A stretch of 64,000 nucleotides of DNA from Negaprion brevirostris (taxonomy: Eukaryota). The position numbers and the translations under genes were made by a program. Each line of letters begins with the position of its first letter. Position 1 is the first letter of the stretch. Below the pieces are notes generated by a model. The model saw nothing but the letters and a program-made list of their open reading frames with translations. It was not told where the DNA came from and ran no database searches. Location of the stretch: assembly GCA_030324005.1 (NCBI GenBank), contig JARDVH010000110.1, positions 37,218,817-37,282,816 of the forward strand, given 5' to 3'. Positions 11,830 through 23,724 of the stretch are shown here, piece by piece.

Positions 11830-13170
11830 TACACCAGCCAATACAACACATCATCATGACATATCATCCTCTCCTCAAAAACTCTTGACCCCATTAACTT
11901 TCTAATCTACCATTCCATCTCTGACTTTCATTTCCTCTCCAAAGTCTTTAAACATATGAATGCCCATCTTTTCTAGAACTCCACGTTTGAATCCCTCCAT
12001 GCAGGTTTCCATCCCTACCTTAGTCCTATAAATGGCTCTTATAAAAGTTACAAATGACATCCCGTGTTAAAATGATAAAAGCAAACTATCCCACATCATC
12101 TTCCTCATCCTATCTGCAGTCAATGACATGGTTGACCATACCATCCTTCCTCAGCAACTCTCTACTGTTGTCTAGCTGGGTGCGACTGCTCTTACCTGGT
12201 TCTGTTATCCATCTAATTACATCCAGAATATCAAACGTAATGTCTCCTCTTCCTGCTCCTGTATCACTACTTGGTGCCCCCAGTAATCTATCCCTTCTAT
12301 TTCTTATCAACTTGCTGCCCCCATCATCCAAAAGCACAGCTCAAGTTTTCTCAAAGTCACTGAAAATACCTATCTCTACCCTTCCCACCACTATTCACAA
12401 CTTCTCCAATGGTACTTAATTAGAAAGCTGCTTATCAGGCATCCAGTACTAGACAAGCAGAAATTGCCTTCAGTTCAATACAGGGAAGATTGAAGCTATA
12501 GCTTTCAGTCCCTGCTCCAGTTCCATAGCTTATTTTGTTACTTACTTTGTGCACCTCTGGAATATTGCCCAATTTCGCTTCTGCCTTACTCATCCACTGT
12601 TAGCAAGTCCTATTCACTTATCCATTGGAATTCAACAGCATCGCCTGCCATAGATTTGGAGCAGACGAGGGGTGGACAATGAAAATGCCCATTGACCTCG
12701 GGCAGGAATTTCCAGTCTCACTAGAGCAAGGCCATAAAATCTCGGCCATCATCTCTGTACCTCCTGACATACATTGGCTCCCAGTCAATCAACAAGCTTG
12801 ATTTTAAAATCCACATCACTGTTTTTGAAACCCTTTATGGCCTCACCTCCCTTTCTCTGTATTCCACTCCAGCTGCTCAACCTTCTAAGATAACTGCATT
12901 CATCTTAGTCTAACCATTTGTGCATCTCCAATTTTGATTGTTCTCCCATTGGTGACCATTCTATCAGTTGTCCAAGCCTTAAGTTCAACAATTCCCTTCC
13001 AGTTCCTCTTCTCCACACAACCTCACACTCCTCTTTCAAAAAATGACCTTAATCAAACTTCGACTCATTTGACCTTGAGACTCAGTCATTTTTGGTTTTA
13101 TAACACTCCTGTGAAGTATCTTGGAATGTTTTATTACATTAAAGGTGCTATAAAAATATATGTTATTGTT
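11830..13170 (+). mobile_element. L2 LINE RT/3' fragment (decayed)
   Basis: Degenerate NYRPISNLPFLSKV and QSGF...ALIKVTNDI motifs; LHWLPV (acattggctccc); tail cctgtgaagtatcttggaatgttttattacattaaaggtgctataaaaat. Confidence 0.85.
12623..12747 (-). mobile_element. Harbinger-like MITE inserted in L2, TSD ATC
   Basis: ATC on both flanks; removing the insert restores contiguous L2 sequence; right end ataaaatctcggcc. Confidence 0.75.
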
Positions 13171-14564
13171 TTAATATCATAAATGTCATTGTGAATGTAA
13201 TAAAATATAACTAGATAAATATGCATCCTTCAACAAAGCAAAAACAAAACAATGTTAGAAGTACACCCCAGCTCAGGCAACATTGGAATAAAATGTTTGT
13301 TCTGACATTTCAGAGATTTCATTACGATCTGAACAGCCCTGATCCTTTGTTATATTGTGTATCTCAGATTTTTTGTTTTTACCTTAGTTTTCTGATTTTT
13401 ATTTTTTCAGTTCACTCATACAAATACAACTTCAAAATAAAAACCTATTTTTAAGAAAATAGTTCTCCCGGCATTTCCCTTGATTACCAATACATGATTT
13501 TTCAAAATATTAAATTTTTTCACCTGAATTTATTTTTTCATTTGTTCCTTAATGCATCACGTACGTACAGTTAACTGTTCTTCACTTGAACGATTTACTG
13601 CCTTTCTGATGTACACCCACACAAGCTTGAATGGATTGAATGTAAAATGCAGAATTTGAAATCTGAATTTATGTGAAAGTAATTAGTGACTAACTGATCA
13701 CAGAAAGGAAATTGACACAGTTGGCAATTTTACTAAATATGAATAAAAGACTTTCAAAGATTGCTACTAAGAGAATGAAAACGAGAGATTAGGAGAAATA
13801 GCTTTTATTCAGAGATTTTCTGGAGCATAAAATGTTTTTCCCAGAGGGAATTGATGTTGCAAAACTTGCAGTAAAGGAGAATACAAAGCTGTGGGGAGCA
13901 AGGAGGACAGAGAGATTAATTTTTGATTGCTCCAGCAAACAAGTCGCACAGGTGAATTGGACCAGTTTCTTCATGTTATGCTTGAAATTAAATGACTGAG
14001 AACTTATCCGTGTTTTCACATGCAGCCTAGTTTAACATTATGTTTGTCACCTTTGTATTTTATTGTATTCTCCATTATTTGGACTCCGAAAAGGAACCTG
14101 GTCCTAAATATATGTCCATCTCATTCATTTTTAATGCATTAATACCTCCAAATTTACCCTTGGCCTGTGCTTTTTTTTCAAACATTTTACACCTAGTCTA
14201 TCTGTTCTGTAAAAATGTGGTCATCTTTATCTTCGTCCCAAATTATTCAATTCCTATCATGCTCTCTTTACTTTGATAAGTTCTCACAATTTCAGTAAAT
14301 GCTCCTGCTCAAGCTATTTATCCCAATGAAATTTCTTACCTAATCCATGATTGTCAACAGAGATTAGATCTAGCCATTCATTTGCTGATCATTCGTCCTT
14401 GCCTCAGCACTTCCAGAATTTTGTTTTTCATAATTTCAGCTACCATTGCCTGGAATACGTCCAAAGTCATATTGTTTCTGACATTACATTTTTTTAAAAA
14501 TTACTATATTCTATTTTACTAAAATGGTACCCATGGTCATCACATTTCCCTTACGAATTATTTT

Positions 14565-14650
14565 ATAGAACAAAGAACAACCCAGCACGGGAAACAGGCC
14601 CTTCGGCCCAACGAGCCCACGCAGCCGCATCCTCCTACACCTACCCTGCC
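14565..14650 (-). mobile_element. CR1 3' tail fragment
   Basis: tagaacaaagaacaacccagcacgggaaacaggcccttcggccc is the reverse complement of the CR1 terminal hairpin and tail. Confidence 0.7.
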
Positions 14651-15059
14651 CTGTGTGTATGTGAGTGGAACCCCTAAGCCAGATTCAGGGGAGAATAGTG
14701 NNNNNNNNNNNNNNNNNNNNNNNNNNNNNNNNNNNNNNNNNNNNNNNNNNNNNNNNNNNNNNNNNNNNNNNNNNNNNNNNNNNNNNNNNNNNNNNNNNNN
14801 TCTTAGCTCCCTCCTACTCTCTATATTCCTCCAGCGCACTCTCCACACCCAGTTGTTTCGACATAACATATGCCTCCCTCTTCTTCCTGAAGAAGTCTTT
14901 GATACCTCCTGTAATCCAAGGCTCTCTAATCCTACCTTTCCCATCCTTCCACTTAACCAGCATATGCTTTTATCTAGAGTATCACTGGTAATTTGTCTTC
15001 AGGTTATTTTATTCATTTTTTTCACCCCTTTCCTTTTTATATTAATGATAGCAAATTTC

Positions 15060-15210
15060 AGTTCAATATCACTTTTAAGGTACAAGGTATCTGAGGTGTC
15101 CCATAAATTAAAAGTAATAGATATTCCTTGGAATAAGAGATAGATTAGGACAGCTGTCTAAAGGTTTGGTGAAAAATACAGATTTTAAAATGATGCTTAA
15201 AGCAAGATTA
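15060..15210 (-). mobile_element. L2 3' end fragment
   Basis: ctaaaggtttggtgaaaaatacagattttaaaatgatgcttaaa resembles the L2 3' region at 5260-5300. Confidence 0.5.
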
Positions 15211-15252
15211 AAAATTAGAATGTTCTTATTATAATAATATTCTTCTTCATAC

Positions 15253-15432
15253 TGTTTGACAAATAAAAAATACTTGCCGAGTCTGCTGAGATAACAAAGC
15301 TTTATTGAGACATCCCACTGTGTGAGCTACATCTTACAAAAGCCTGCCTGACAGAGAGCAAACATGTGATATTGCATCGCTTCCTGTGATTATGTTGTCA
15401 TGGGCAGAATATATGTGTTCTCTTACTACTCA
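15253..15432 (-). mobile_element. Gypsy-type LTR similar to 20787-20962
   Basis: Both start tgtttgac and share aaatacttgccgagt/agatacttcccaagt and agctacatcttacaaaag/agctgtatcttacacaaag. Confidence 0.55.
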
Positions 15433-15441
15433 TGATCAAAA

Positions 15442-17030
15442 TGTTTTGGATGGAGAGAGGTGTGTATGTTCTTACCTTTAAGTGTGTATTTGAATTAAAT
15501 AACTCAACAGCAAGCTTTTGTGAATATAAAAATAAAGATGGTTATTTCTATACACTTAAACTGACTTAAATGCAATTTTGCACACATTCGCTCTCGCTCA
15601 TGTACCTTTGCACACAAAAGTTTGGATACAGATAAGGGTCATAGAGTTATCTCAGCCCCTCTCTTCCAATCTTCAGTCTCCCATGTGGCAGGTTTGTGGT
15701 CTGTTGAATTGATTGAATGACTTAAAGCTGAAATGAGTGTCTTATAAAGCAAAGGGTTCACAGCAGAGAGTGAGGTTTCACATAGTCGAATAGCTAGGAA
15801 GTTGGTTCTCAGTGTTGTAAATTCAGTCTGTTTTAACCCTTATACGGTGGACAAATAACTGTGAGTAGATGTCTTATTAGTACAAACAATATTTATTTAA
15901 ACCCACACAATCTATAATCACCCACCCGACCAACAATAAGTTATCTTNNNNNNNNNNNNNNNNNNNNNNNNNNNNNNNNNNNNNNNNNNNNNNNNNNNNN
16001 NNNNNNNNNNNNNNNNNNNNNNNNNNNNNNNNNNNNNNNNNNNNNNNTTCACTCATCAGGGGTTGCAGCCTGTTTGTCTCCGTCTGTCTTCAAACTGCAG
16101 CCTGTCGGTTTAGTTTCTTGCCCAATTATCCCAGAGTGCTTTACAAAACGCCATTTTAGATGGCTCGTTTGGCTACATCAGTGAAATTTAAATGGGTTAT
16201 CGGATGTCATGCAGCCTGTCTCCAAGTCTGGTTTATAGACTGACTGAACTGGATGGCTTTCATAGAACAAACTATGTGCACTGCTCTTAGCTGATCTTCT
16301 AAACTAATGAAGAAAACATGGCTGCCTCCATGTATATTTTCACAAATTCAAGGCTTTTTATCAAATAAGATGTGATTTTCACATTGATCCCACATCTCGT
16401 GTCATGGGTGAACATCCTGAAGGCTTGAGACAGTCATTGTCTTTCTTTGAGAATAACTCATTCAAATTAATAATACTTCTTTGAATGGTCTCAGGGCAGG
16501 GCATAGACTCACATCACTCTGGACTGATCTTTTGTTCCCTTTTCTAGGGCAGCAAGACGCTATTGGTGTTTCATTGTGGCAGGGACCTGAGTTCAATTCC
16601 AGCGTTGGGTGACTATGTTGTGGAGGTTGCATGTTCTTCCAGTGTCTGCGTGGGATTTCTCCGAGTGCTCCGGTTTCCTCCCACATTCCAAAGATGTGTG
16701 AGATAGGTTGATTGGCCATGCTAAATTGGCCCTTAGTGCCCCAAGATATGTAAGTTAGGGGGATTAGCGGGGTAAATATGTGGGACTACGGAGATAGAGC
16801 CCTGGGTGGAAAGCTCTTACAGAGAGTTGCTGCAGACCCGATGAGCCAAATGGCCCCCTCCTGCACTGTAGGGATTCTCTGATAGTATGATTTTCAGACA
16901 GGACAATAATTCTCATTCACAACTGAAACCAGGTGACTTTGGCTGGCCTTCCAGCCTTTTTGTCCAATTTTTAAAAATATTAAATTAGATAGAAGTTCAC
17001 AATATGACATTTTGGAACAAGGCATGACAA
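15442..17030. mobile_element. Cluster of probable nested LTR fragments
   Basis: TG-starting blocks at 15442 and ~15813 with LTR-like composition; no TSD confirmed. Confidence 0.3.
16550..16890 (+). mobile_element. HE1/V-SINE with CR1-type tail
   Basis: V core and tail gccaaatggccccctcctgcactgtagggattct. Confidence 0.9.
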
Positions 17031-17129
17031 TTTACAGAGTTGTTGATTAGCATGTTACATATTTAGAATTAACCTTTTATGCTAAATCTCCTCCCAAGTC
17101 ACTGACTTCCATTTTTAGATGGTGAGATC

Positions 17130-17275
17130 ATCATTAAATTTCTTTAATTCCAGATTTTTATTGAACTAAAATTGCACAATCGGCTATGGTGGGATTCAAA
17201 CCTGAGTTTCCAGAGCAATACCGTAGACTGTGGGATTACTATTCTAATGATCAAAACACTGCACCACCATTCCCA
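17130..17275 (-). mobile_element. tRNA-derived SINE head (family of 1170-1360)
   Basis: ggtgggattcaaacc (B-box on minus strand) and actgcaccacca (A-box end). Confidence 0.6.
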
Positions 17276-17299
17276 GTTCAACTCTATTGTTCAACTCTA

Positions 17300-17394
17300 G
17301 TCCAAAATGGTTGATAAGATTAAAGAAGTGAATGGGTGGCTCAGGGATTGGTGTGGGAGGAATGGGTTTGAATTTATGGGGCATTGGCATCAGT
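17300..17394 (+). mobile_element. CR1 ORF1 esterase (SGNH) fragment at a gap edge
   Basis: KIKEVNGWLRDWCGRNGFEFMGHWHQ is typical of the CR1 ORF1 esterase C-terminal part. Confidence 0.85.
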
Positions 17395-17989
17395 ANNNNN
17401 NNNNNNNNNNNNNNNNNNNNNNNNNNNNNNNNNNNNNNNNNNNNNNNNNNNNNNNNNNNNNNNNNNNNNNNNNNNNNNNNNNNNNNNNNNNNNNNNNNNN
17501 NNNNNNNNNNNNNNNNNNNNNNNNNNNNNNNNNNNNNNNNNNNNNNNNNNNNNNNNNNNNNNNNNNNNNNNNNNNNNNNNNNNNNNNNNNNNNNNNNNNN
17601 NNNNNNNNNNNNNNNNNNNNNNNNNNNNNNNNNNNNNNNNNNNNNNNNNNNNNNNNNNNNNNNNNNNNNNNNNNNNNNNNNNNNNNNNNNNNNNNNNNNN
17701 NNNNNNNNNNNNNNNNNNNNNNNNNNNNNNNNNNNNNNNNNNNNNNNNNNNNNNNNNNNNNNNNNNNNNNNNNNNNNNNNNNNNNNNNNNNNNNNNNNNN
17801 NNNNNNNNNNNNNNNNNNNNNNNNNNNNNNNNNNNNNNNNNNNNNNNNNNNNNNNNNNNNNNNNNNNNNNNNNNNNNNNNNNNNNNNNNNNNNNNNNNNN
17901 NNNNNNNNNNNNNNNNNNNNNNNNNNNNNGCTGGATGCCACATTCTATGTCTTCAACGTAGTGGGTGCATGAATGGCCGGTAAGATTGC

Positions 17990-20962
17990 CCGTGAATTGT
18001 ATCAAACGTCATCCCCTCAATATGACTTGTTGTACTCGTGAAGCAATTTTTGCCATCTCCTTACAATTTAAGAGTATCACTAAGGGCTTGTAGTTAGCCT
18101 TCGCCTTGAAATGGAGACAATATAATCTGTGAACTTTTTTCACAGCTACAGAGTACAGCTCCTAGACCTTTCTGTTAATTTATTTGTTTATGTGATACAT
18201 TCATAAGTGTTAAAAGTCATGGATTTGGAATGTGCTGTCAAAGGAGTTGTACTCTTTCAGATCAAGATTTCTGGGATACTACAGACCAATTTATTTCATG
18301 CGCCCCATTTACTGACTGAGACTGAACATAAATATGCAGTGAGAGTGAAAGAAACATGAGATGCTACATAGGTATGCAAAAACTTCACAGATAATGTTTC
18401 TGGTTTTGTACTCAAGGTAGTTCTGCACATGTTCAATCCACAGCAATAATTATGAGTAGCTCTGGGCCATTGTGACTAAAATAGCAAGTGTTATCAGCAT
18501 CTTTGCTTTTCTCTAAAGACCTTCCTTCCAGCACCAGGTATTGTCCTGTCAGAACAGTTAATGTAGTATTGCATTGATGATGGCTTAATTGGGCAGAAAT
18601 TTTCCAATTTGCTTTGCTTGCTTGCTTTTAGAAATAACATGCAGAAGTATGGGGACAAGGCAGGGCAATGGCACAAAGTCATGATTCTCGTTTGGAGAGC
18701 CAGTGCAGACAAGATAGGCCAAATGGTCTCTTTCTGCACTGTAACAGTTCTGTGATTCTGAGATACCCATGAATCTGGAGCCCAGTCATGTTCTGAGGAG
18801 CTGGAAATTCCTTGTTTGCTATTGTCTTCTGTGGATCAAATTGGACACCAGATGCTTTCATAACATTCCCAAGGAGTGTAACAGTTGGCTGTGAAAATTT
18901 GTATTGTTGTAGAGTGCATGTCTTGTTTCCTGTAGGCATCGCAGGACAGCTTGTGCTATAGTGTCATATGATGACTGAGACAATCTATGGATTAGGACAT
19001 CAGCCATGGATTTCATCCAGTCCTTCTAGAATGCTTGACATTGCTCGCTGGAAAATATCTGGTGCTGACATGATGTCAAAAGGTAATCTGTTGAAACAAA
19101 TCTTCCTGAACACAGTAATGAGAATTATTAGCAACATAGACTCTCCATCAAAGGGAAGTTGCCAAAAAACACTATTTGCATCTGGTTTTGTGAAGATTGA
19201 ACACTTTCCCAATATTCAAAGCTGTAGTTCACAGATGACACAGGAAGAACTCCATGTTCACCTTTCAGCTACTTTATATCCAAGTATTTTTTAATAGACC
19301 TGTGGAGTTTTGGTATTGGGATCTTTCCTGAGAACCAGCTTGTTTCTGTTGTGGGTTTTTGTCAAGGGTGACATAGCTCTCTGCTTCAGTATAAAGTTAA
19401 TTTCCTTCTTTATTGTTGGTAAGAGTGGATTAGGATCTTTTTGGATATAAACCAGAACAGTGGCTTCATTTCTGGTTGCAGGGTTATATGGTGTGTTATC
19501 TCCAGCTTTCCTAGTCCTGTAAACAGCTGTGGAAATTCAGCTGTCAAGATTCTAGTTTGAGTTTCGTGGCTTTCCAATTCCTTTACTCTGTAAATCAGAT
19601 ACAAGTCAGTACTGGCCTTCCTGCTCAAGGGTGAGTTACTCTGATTCTGAATCTCACCTTTCTCTCAACTTTAGAGGGTTGTCTTCAGTTCTCCTATAAC
19701 CTGGAGTTGATCCCTCTCAGCACATATAGATTGTGCATGATGTCTTAAGAGAATATTTCTCCAACGTTGGTTCAACATCAGAAAGAACTGAAACTCCTGC
19801 ATCTGTGTCTAACTTAAAATGCATCTTGTTTCTCTGTACTGGGATCAGCACCCCAGTAACTTCCATTTGATTCCTGGATATCTTTCAAAGAAATGAACCT
19901 CATGGATGTTATTCACCTCATGGATCTTGACATCTTTCAAAGTCTTCCTTTTGTGCATATTCTGTAGAGGCTTTTTAACTAGGCACATAACCAGGAGGTG
20001 GCCATCTTTTTGTACGTATAATATTCATCCTCGATGGCAGTGTAGTTTTTTTTTCTTTTTTCTATGTTNNNNNNNNNNATTATAGTTGGCTGGGGCTGTT
20101 GACGGGCATTCGCCCTGTTTCCCTGCTTCTTTTTTTCTGACAGGTCCTCTGTTTTAAAATTTGACAATTTTAAATTATGCTGAATTAGTGGCTTTTGAGA
20201 TAGGGTTTGTCCCTCACCTCACATCACAGATCAATTTTGCTTTCTGATCTCAGCTTTGTTCTCACTTGAACGGTGTTTGCTAAGGTTAGATCATCTCTCA
20301 AAGCAAGTGGTCAGAAAAAGTGGCATCCAGAATCCTTACAACAATCCTGTCCCTCAGTTTAGATGTCCCTCATTTCTGTCCTTCATTTATGTCCCTCATT
20401 TTTTAATGTGCCGTACCACAGTTCCCTGCAGGTCTATATAGGTCTATACAAGTATAAGTGCATCAACATTTTCCTTCTGTCTTTGAGTGTGTTTGTTAAA
20501 TTTAGCTTGCTCATCAATAGTATTCTTTATGTATCAAATGCTTTGATTACTTCATTGTAAGTGGTTTTTTCCTCATCAATTGATGAGGATATTATTTGCA
20601 CAGCCACCCATCGCATTTCACAGCATACCAATCTGTTCTCTGTTTGCCTTTGCAGCAAGGCCTGACATAATTCGATATTGAGTAAATCTCCAATGTCAAT
20701 CCTGCCTTGCTTCTTCTTGGTTTTGGCATGTGATCTTCTCAAAGGTAGAAACTTGTTCCTTCACCTACTGCCACCACTTCTGGTATTGTTTGACTGATAC
20801 AAGATACTTCCCAAGTTTTCTGATGTATGGACAACTGGGGCTTCACTAAGACACCATTACTGAATTAGCTGTATCTTACACAAAGCTGCAAAAAAACAAA
20901 CTCTGTGTTGGTGTATCACCGACTATGATGACGTGCACAGTATTTGATTAGCCTGCTACACA
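17990..20962 (-). mobile_element. Ty3/Gypsy remnant: 5' LTR, degenerate PBS, gag-pol (PR, RT, RNase H)
   Basis: RT IFTKPDANSVFWQLP...FNRLPFDIMSAPDIFQRAMSSILEGL; EFPQLFTGLGKL; protease FKLDTDAGVSVL; RNase H NYKPLVILLN; LTR 20787-20962 followed on the minus strand by ccagaagtgg. Confidence 0.88.
18625..18765 (-). mobile_element. CR1 3' tail inserted in Gypsy pol (orientation uncertain)
   Basis: gagccagtgcagacaagataggccaaatggtctctttctgcactgtaacagttctgtgattct matches the CR1/HE1 tail, reading on + relative to the minus-strand Gypsy. Confidence 0.55.
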
Positions 20963-22081
20963 GTTAGAATTAACTCTTTGTGCATCCAGAATGAAAGATC
21001 AAGGGTGAGGTGGCAATAGTGCCAAGAGGGTTTGCGACAGGCACTAAAAACGACAAAGATTATAGCTTCCTCCCCTCAGCTTTCTACCTGCAACTGATTA
21101 TTTCACTTTCTATGCATCTGCTTTCTTCAGCTTGCATGTCTTCTGCACAAACAACCTCTGAATCATTGCAACTTAATCCCTCCATGACTTTCAATGAATA
21201 AATGAAAATATATTTTTAGTGATTCTTCAAAAAAATGCTTGTTTAATATTTTTCAGAAATGTAGCTGACACTACCACTTCTTATTTTTAATTATTTCATG
21301 CTTTCTCTTTCTTCATCCATTGACATTCTTGTCCTCATTAGTTGCCCTGATATCAATTAAAACTCCCACATTGCCTTAAAAAGCACTGATGCCAAATATT
21401 CATTTCATCCCAGCAACACTTACATTTCTAAGAAATTAGTGGGAAGCAAATTCCGCCCACATACCTGACAAGGTTCTTTTAATTGATTTCTTGTACTCTG
21501 AGTTATGACACAAGAAAAATCTTGCAGTTTAATGTGTAATCCATCTCTTAGATTTAACCTCCAATTTCACTCTGCATCACGTACTTGTCTATTTCCTAAC
21601 CTTTGTATTACATCCTAGGATGCTAAAACTGAGGAACTCTAATTTTCCACAGCTTTTACTTCTTGCCAACTTGAGTTTTAAAAGACTAAATATTATGACA
21701 TCTTCTAAACTCAGGTGGTATGCAAAATGGATTGTATAGGAACAGCTGCCTGATATTTAAGGCACCTGATATTTAATTCCATTACATTAATAGATAAAGA
21801 ACAAATAACATTCAAAGAAATGCAAGTCAGCTTAGTTCAGAGATAGTCTCCTGACATAATGACAATACTGCTATCAGTTCAAAATCCCTTCTAGGGTGCA
21901 AGCACAGAACCTAGGCTAACACTTCAGTGCAGCACTGAAATGTTGGGTGTGCTGGCTCTTGGAATAAGTATTCAGGAGGCTTTGTCTGCTTGCTCAGGTG
22001 AATGAAAAGATCCTATCATGTTATTTGAAGAGAAAAAGGTTAAAGCAGCTGGTCAATATTTACCCCTCAATCAGAATCATC

Positions 22082-22654
22082 TGGAGGGATTTCCCGGCCT
22101 TTCCCGCTGGTGGGATCTTCTAGTCCTGCCAAAGGTGACCCACCGCAATGGGTTTCCCAGCAGCAAGATAGGCAAGCAACGCAAATCGCCATAGACATCG
22201 GTGAGACTGGAAGATTCCATTAGCATAGTGGCACAGTGGTTAGCACTGCTGCCTCACAGTACCAGAGACCCGGGTTTAATTCTGGCTTCGGGTGACTGTC
22301 TGTGTGGAGTTTGCACATTCTCCCTGTGTCTGTGTGGGTTTCCTCCAGGTGCATTGGCTTCCTCCCACAGTCCAACAATGTGCAGGTTCGGTTGAATGGC
22401 CATGCTAAATTGCCCATTCGTAAGGAGGATTTGTATGGTAAATACGTGGGGTTACTGGGATAGGGTGGGATTGTTGTCGATGCATGTTTGATGGGCCAAA
22501 TGGTCTCCTTCTGTCCTGCAGTGATTCTATGATTCTGTGATTCCGTTAACAATGGTGAATTGTCTCCTCTGCTAGAAACCATACTGTGGGAATGGCGGGG
22601 GGGGCGGGGGGCGGCGCAGCTGTGGGAGGTGGCAGCTGCTGGAAAATCCCATCC
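22082..22654. mobile_element. Harbinger-like MITE, TSD ATC, containing an HE1 SINE
   Basis: Ends tggagggatttccc / ggaaaatcccatcc; ATC at 22079-22081 and 22655-22657. Confidence 0.75.
22222..22545 (+). mobile_element. HE1/V-SINE, near full length, CR1-type tail
   Basis: gtggcacagtggttagcactgctgcctcacag...gattctatgattctgtgatt. Confidence 0.93.
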
Positions 22655-23027
22655 ATCAAATGAGATTACCTGGTTGTTTTTCTCCTCTTTGTTTCCTGTG
22701 GGATGTTGCTGCAAATTGGCTATTTTGTCCAATTATATTAACAACTGTGACTGCAATTAAAGCACTTTCACGGGCCAAGAAAAGTGTTACATAAATCCCT
22801 TGTTCTTTATTAGCTTTCCCCAGCTGGTTGATAACAAGTCAATCAAAATAGACAGGTTGTGTGGAATATTAATATGCTTAAATATTTCCAGCTATTGCAA
22901 ATAAACTGGGAGTCAGTTAACTGCAGGAAGTGTAATATTAGCATGAGATAGTCCACCCAATTGCAAACTCAATTGCATAAATATTGTTCAATTTTTTTTT
23001 AACATTGATATTGAAACATTTTGGTTC

Positions 23028-23211
23028 ATAGAACCATGGAATCATAGAATCCCTACAATGGAGAAGGAGGCCATTCGACCCATCAAGGTTGCACTGACAA
23101 CAATCACACCCAGGCCCTATCTCCATTACCTCATGTGTTTACCCCATTAATCCTCCTGACACTAAGGGGCAATTTAGCATGGCCAAACAACCTAACCCGC
23201 ACATCTTTGGA
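23028..23211 (-). mobile_element. HE1/V-SINE 3' half
   Basis: atcatagaatccctacaatggagaaggaggccattcg...gggcaatttagcatggcc. Confidence 0.88.
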
Positions 23212-23724
23212 TCATGCAATCATGATTTTGAAATGACAAAGTGAACTTATGCCCATTGAAAGGGAGTCACTTTGTCCAGAACTGTATTTATGAAAATAAA
23301 TATTCCTCAATGGAATTTTTAAGAGTAGTTGGACACAATAATGTGCTGAGTGAAAAGGTGGGTTACAGTTGAGTTTCATGCACCTACTAAAAATCAGATA
23401 TATGTTCCTTATTAAGTTGGACACAAAGCTGCTGAGACAATAGTTCTCTGAAAATCCAATAATTTTGTCAATGTGACTTCATGTCCACTCTGTTGATAAG
23501 GACAAGGTAACATAAGGCAAAGATCAAACAAGTTGATTGCACTAATGAAAGTTCAATTATCTTCATTTAAGAAACAGCAAACTGTTTGCATGCAATTTAA
23601 CATTTACAAGTCTAATCTTCCATTCCTTATAGCAACATTATTAGTGACTTGCTTTAATTGTTTATAGCCTATCTCAGAACCATGAATCAATGGGCAAACT
23701 AAATCTAATCACTAATTTGTGCAT

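Larger units (their letters stand above)
21875..22800 (+). mobile_element. DeuSINE (SacSINE1-like), split by a MITE and an HE1 SINE
   Basis: Deu-domain motifs ctaggctaacacttcagtgcagcactga, gctcaggtgaatgaaaagatcc and ggtcaatatttacccctcaa; resumes at 22658 with gattacctgg...gtgggatgttgctgcaaattggct. Confidence 0.8.

Noticed and set aside
17244-18005. Long ORFs of 180-250 aa
   Set aside because: Open only because they run through an N-gap.
20348-20400. Four spaced tgtccctca repeats (CRISPR-like)
   Set aside because: Units are 9 bp with 4-7-bp gaps inside a eukaryotic Gypsy remnant, consistent with simple slippage.
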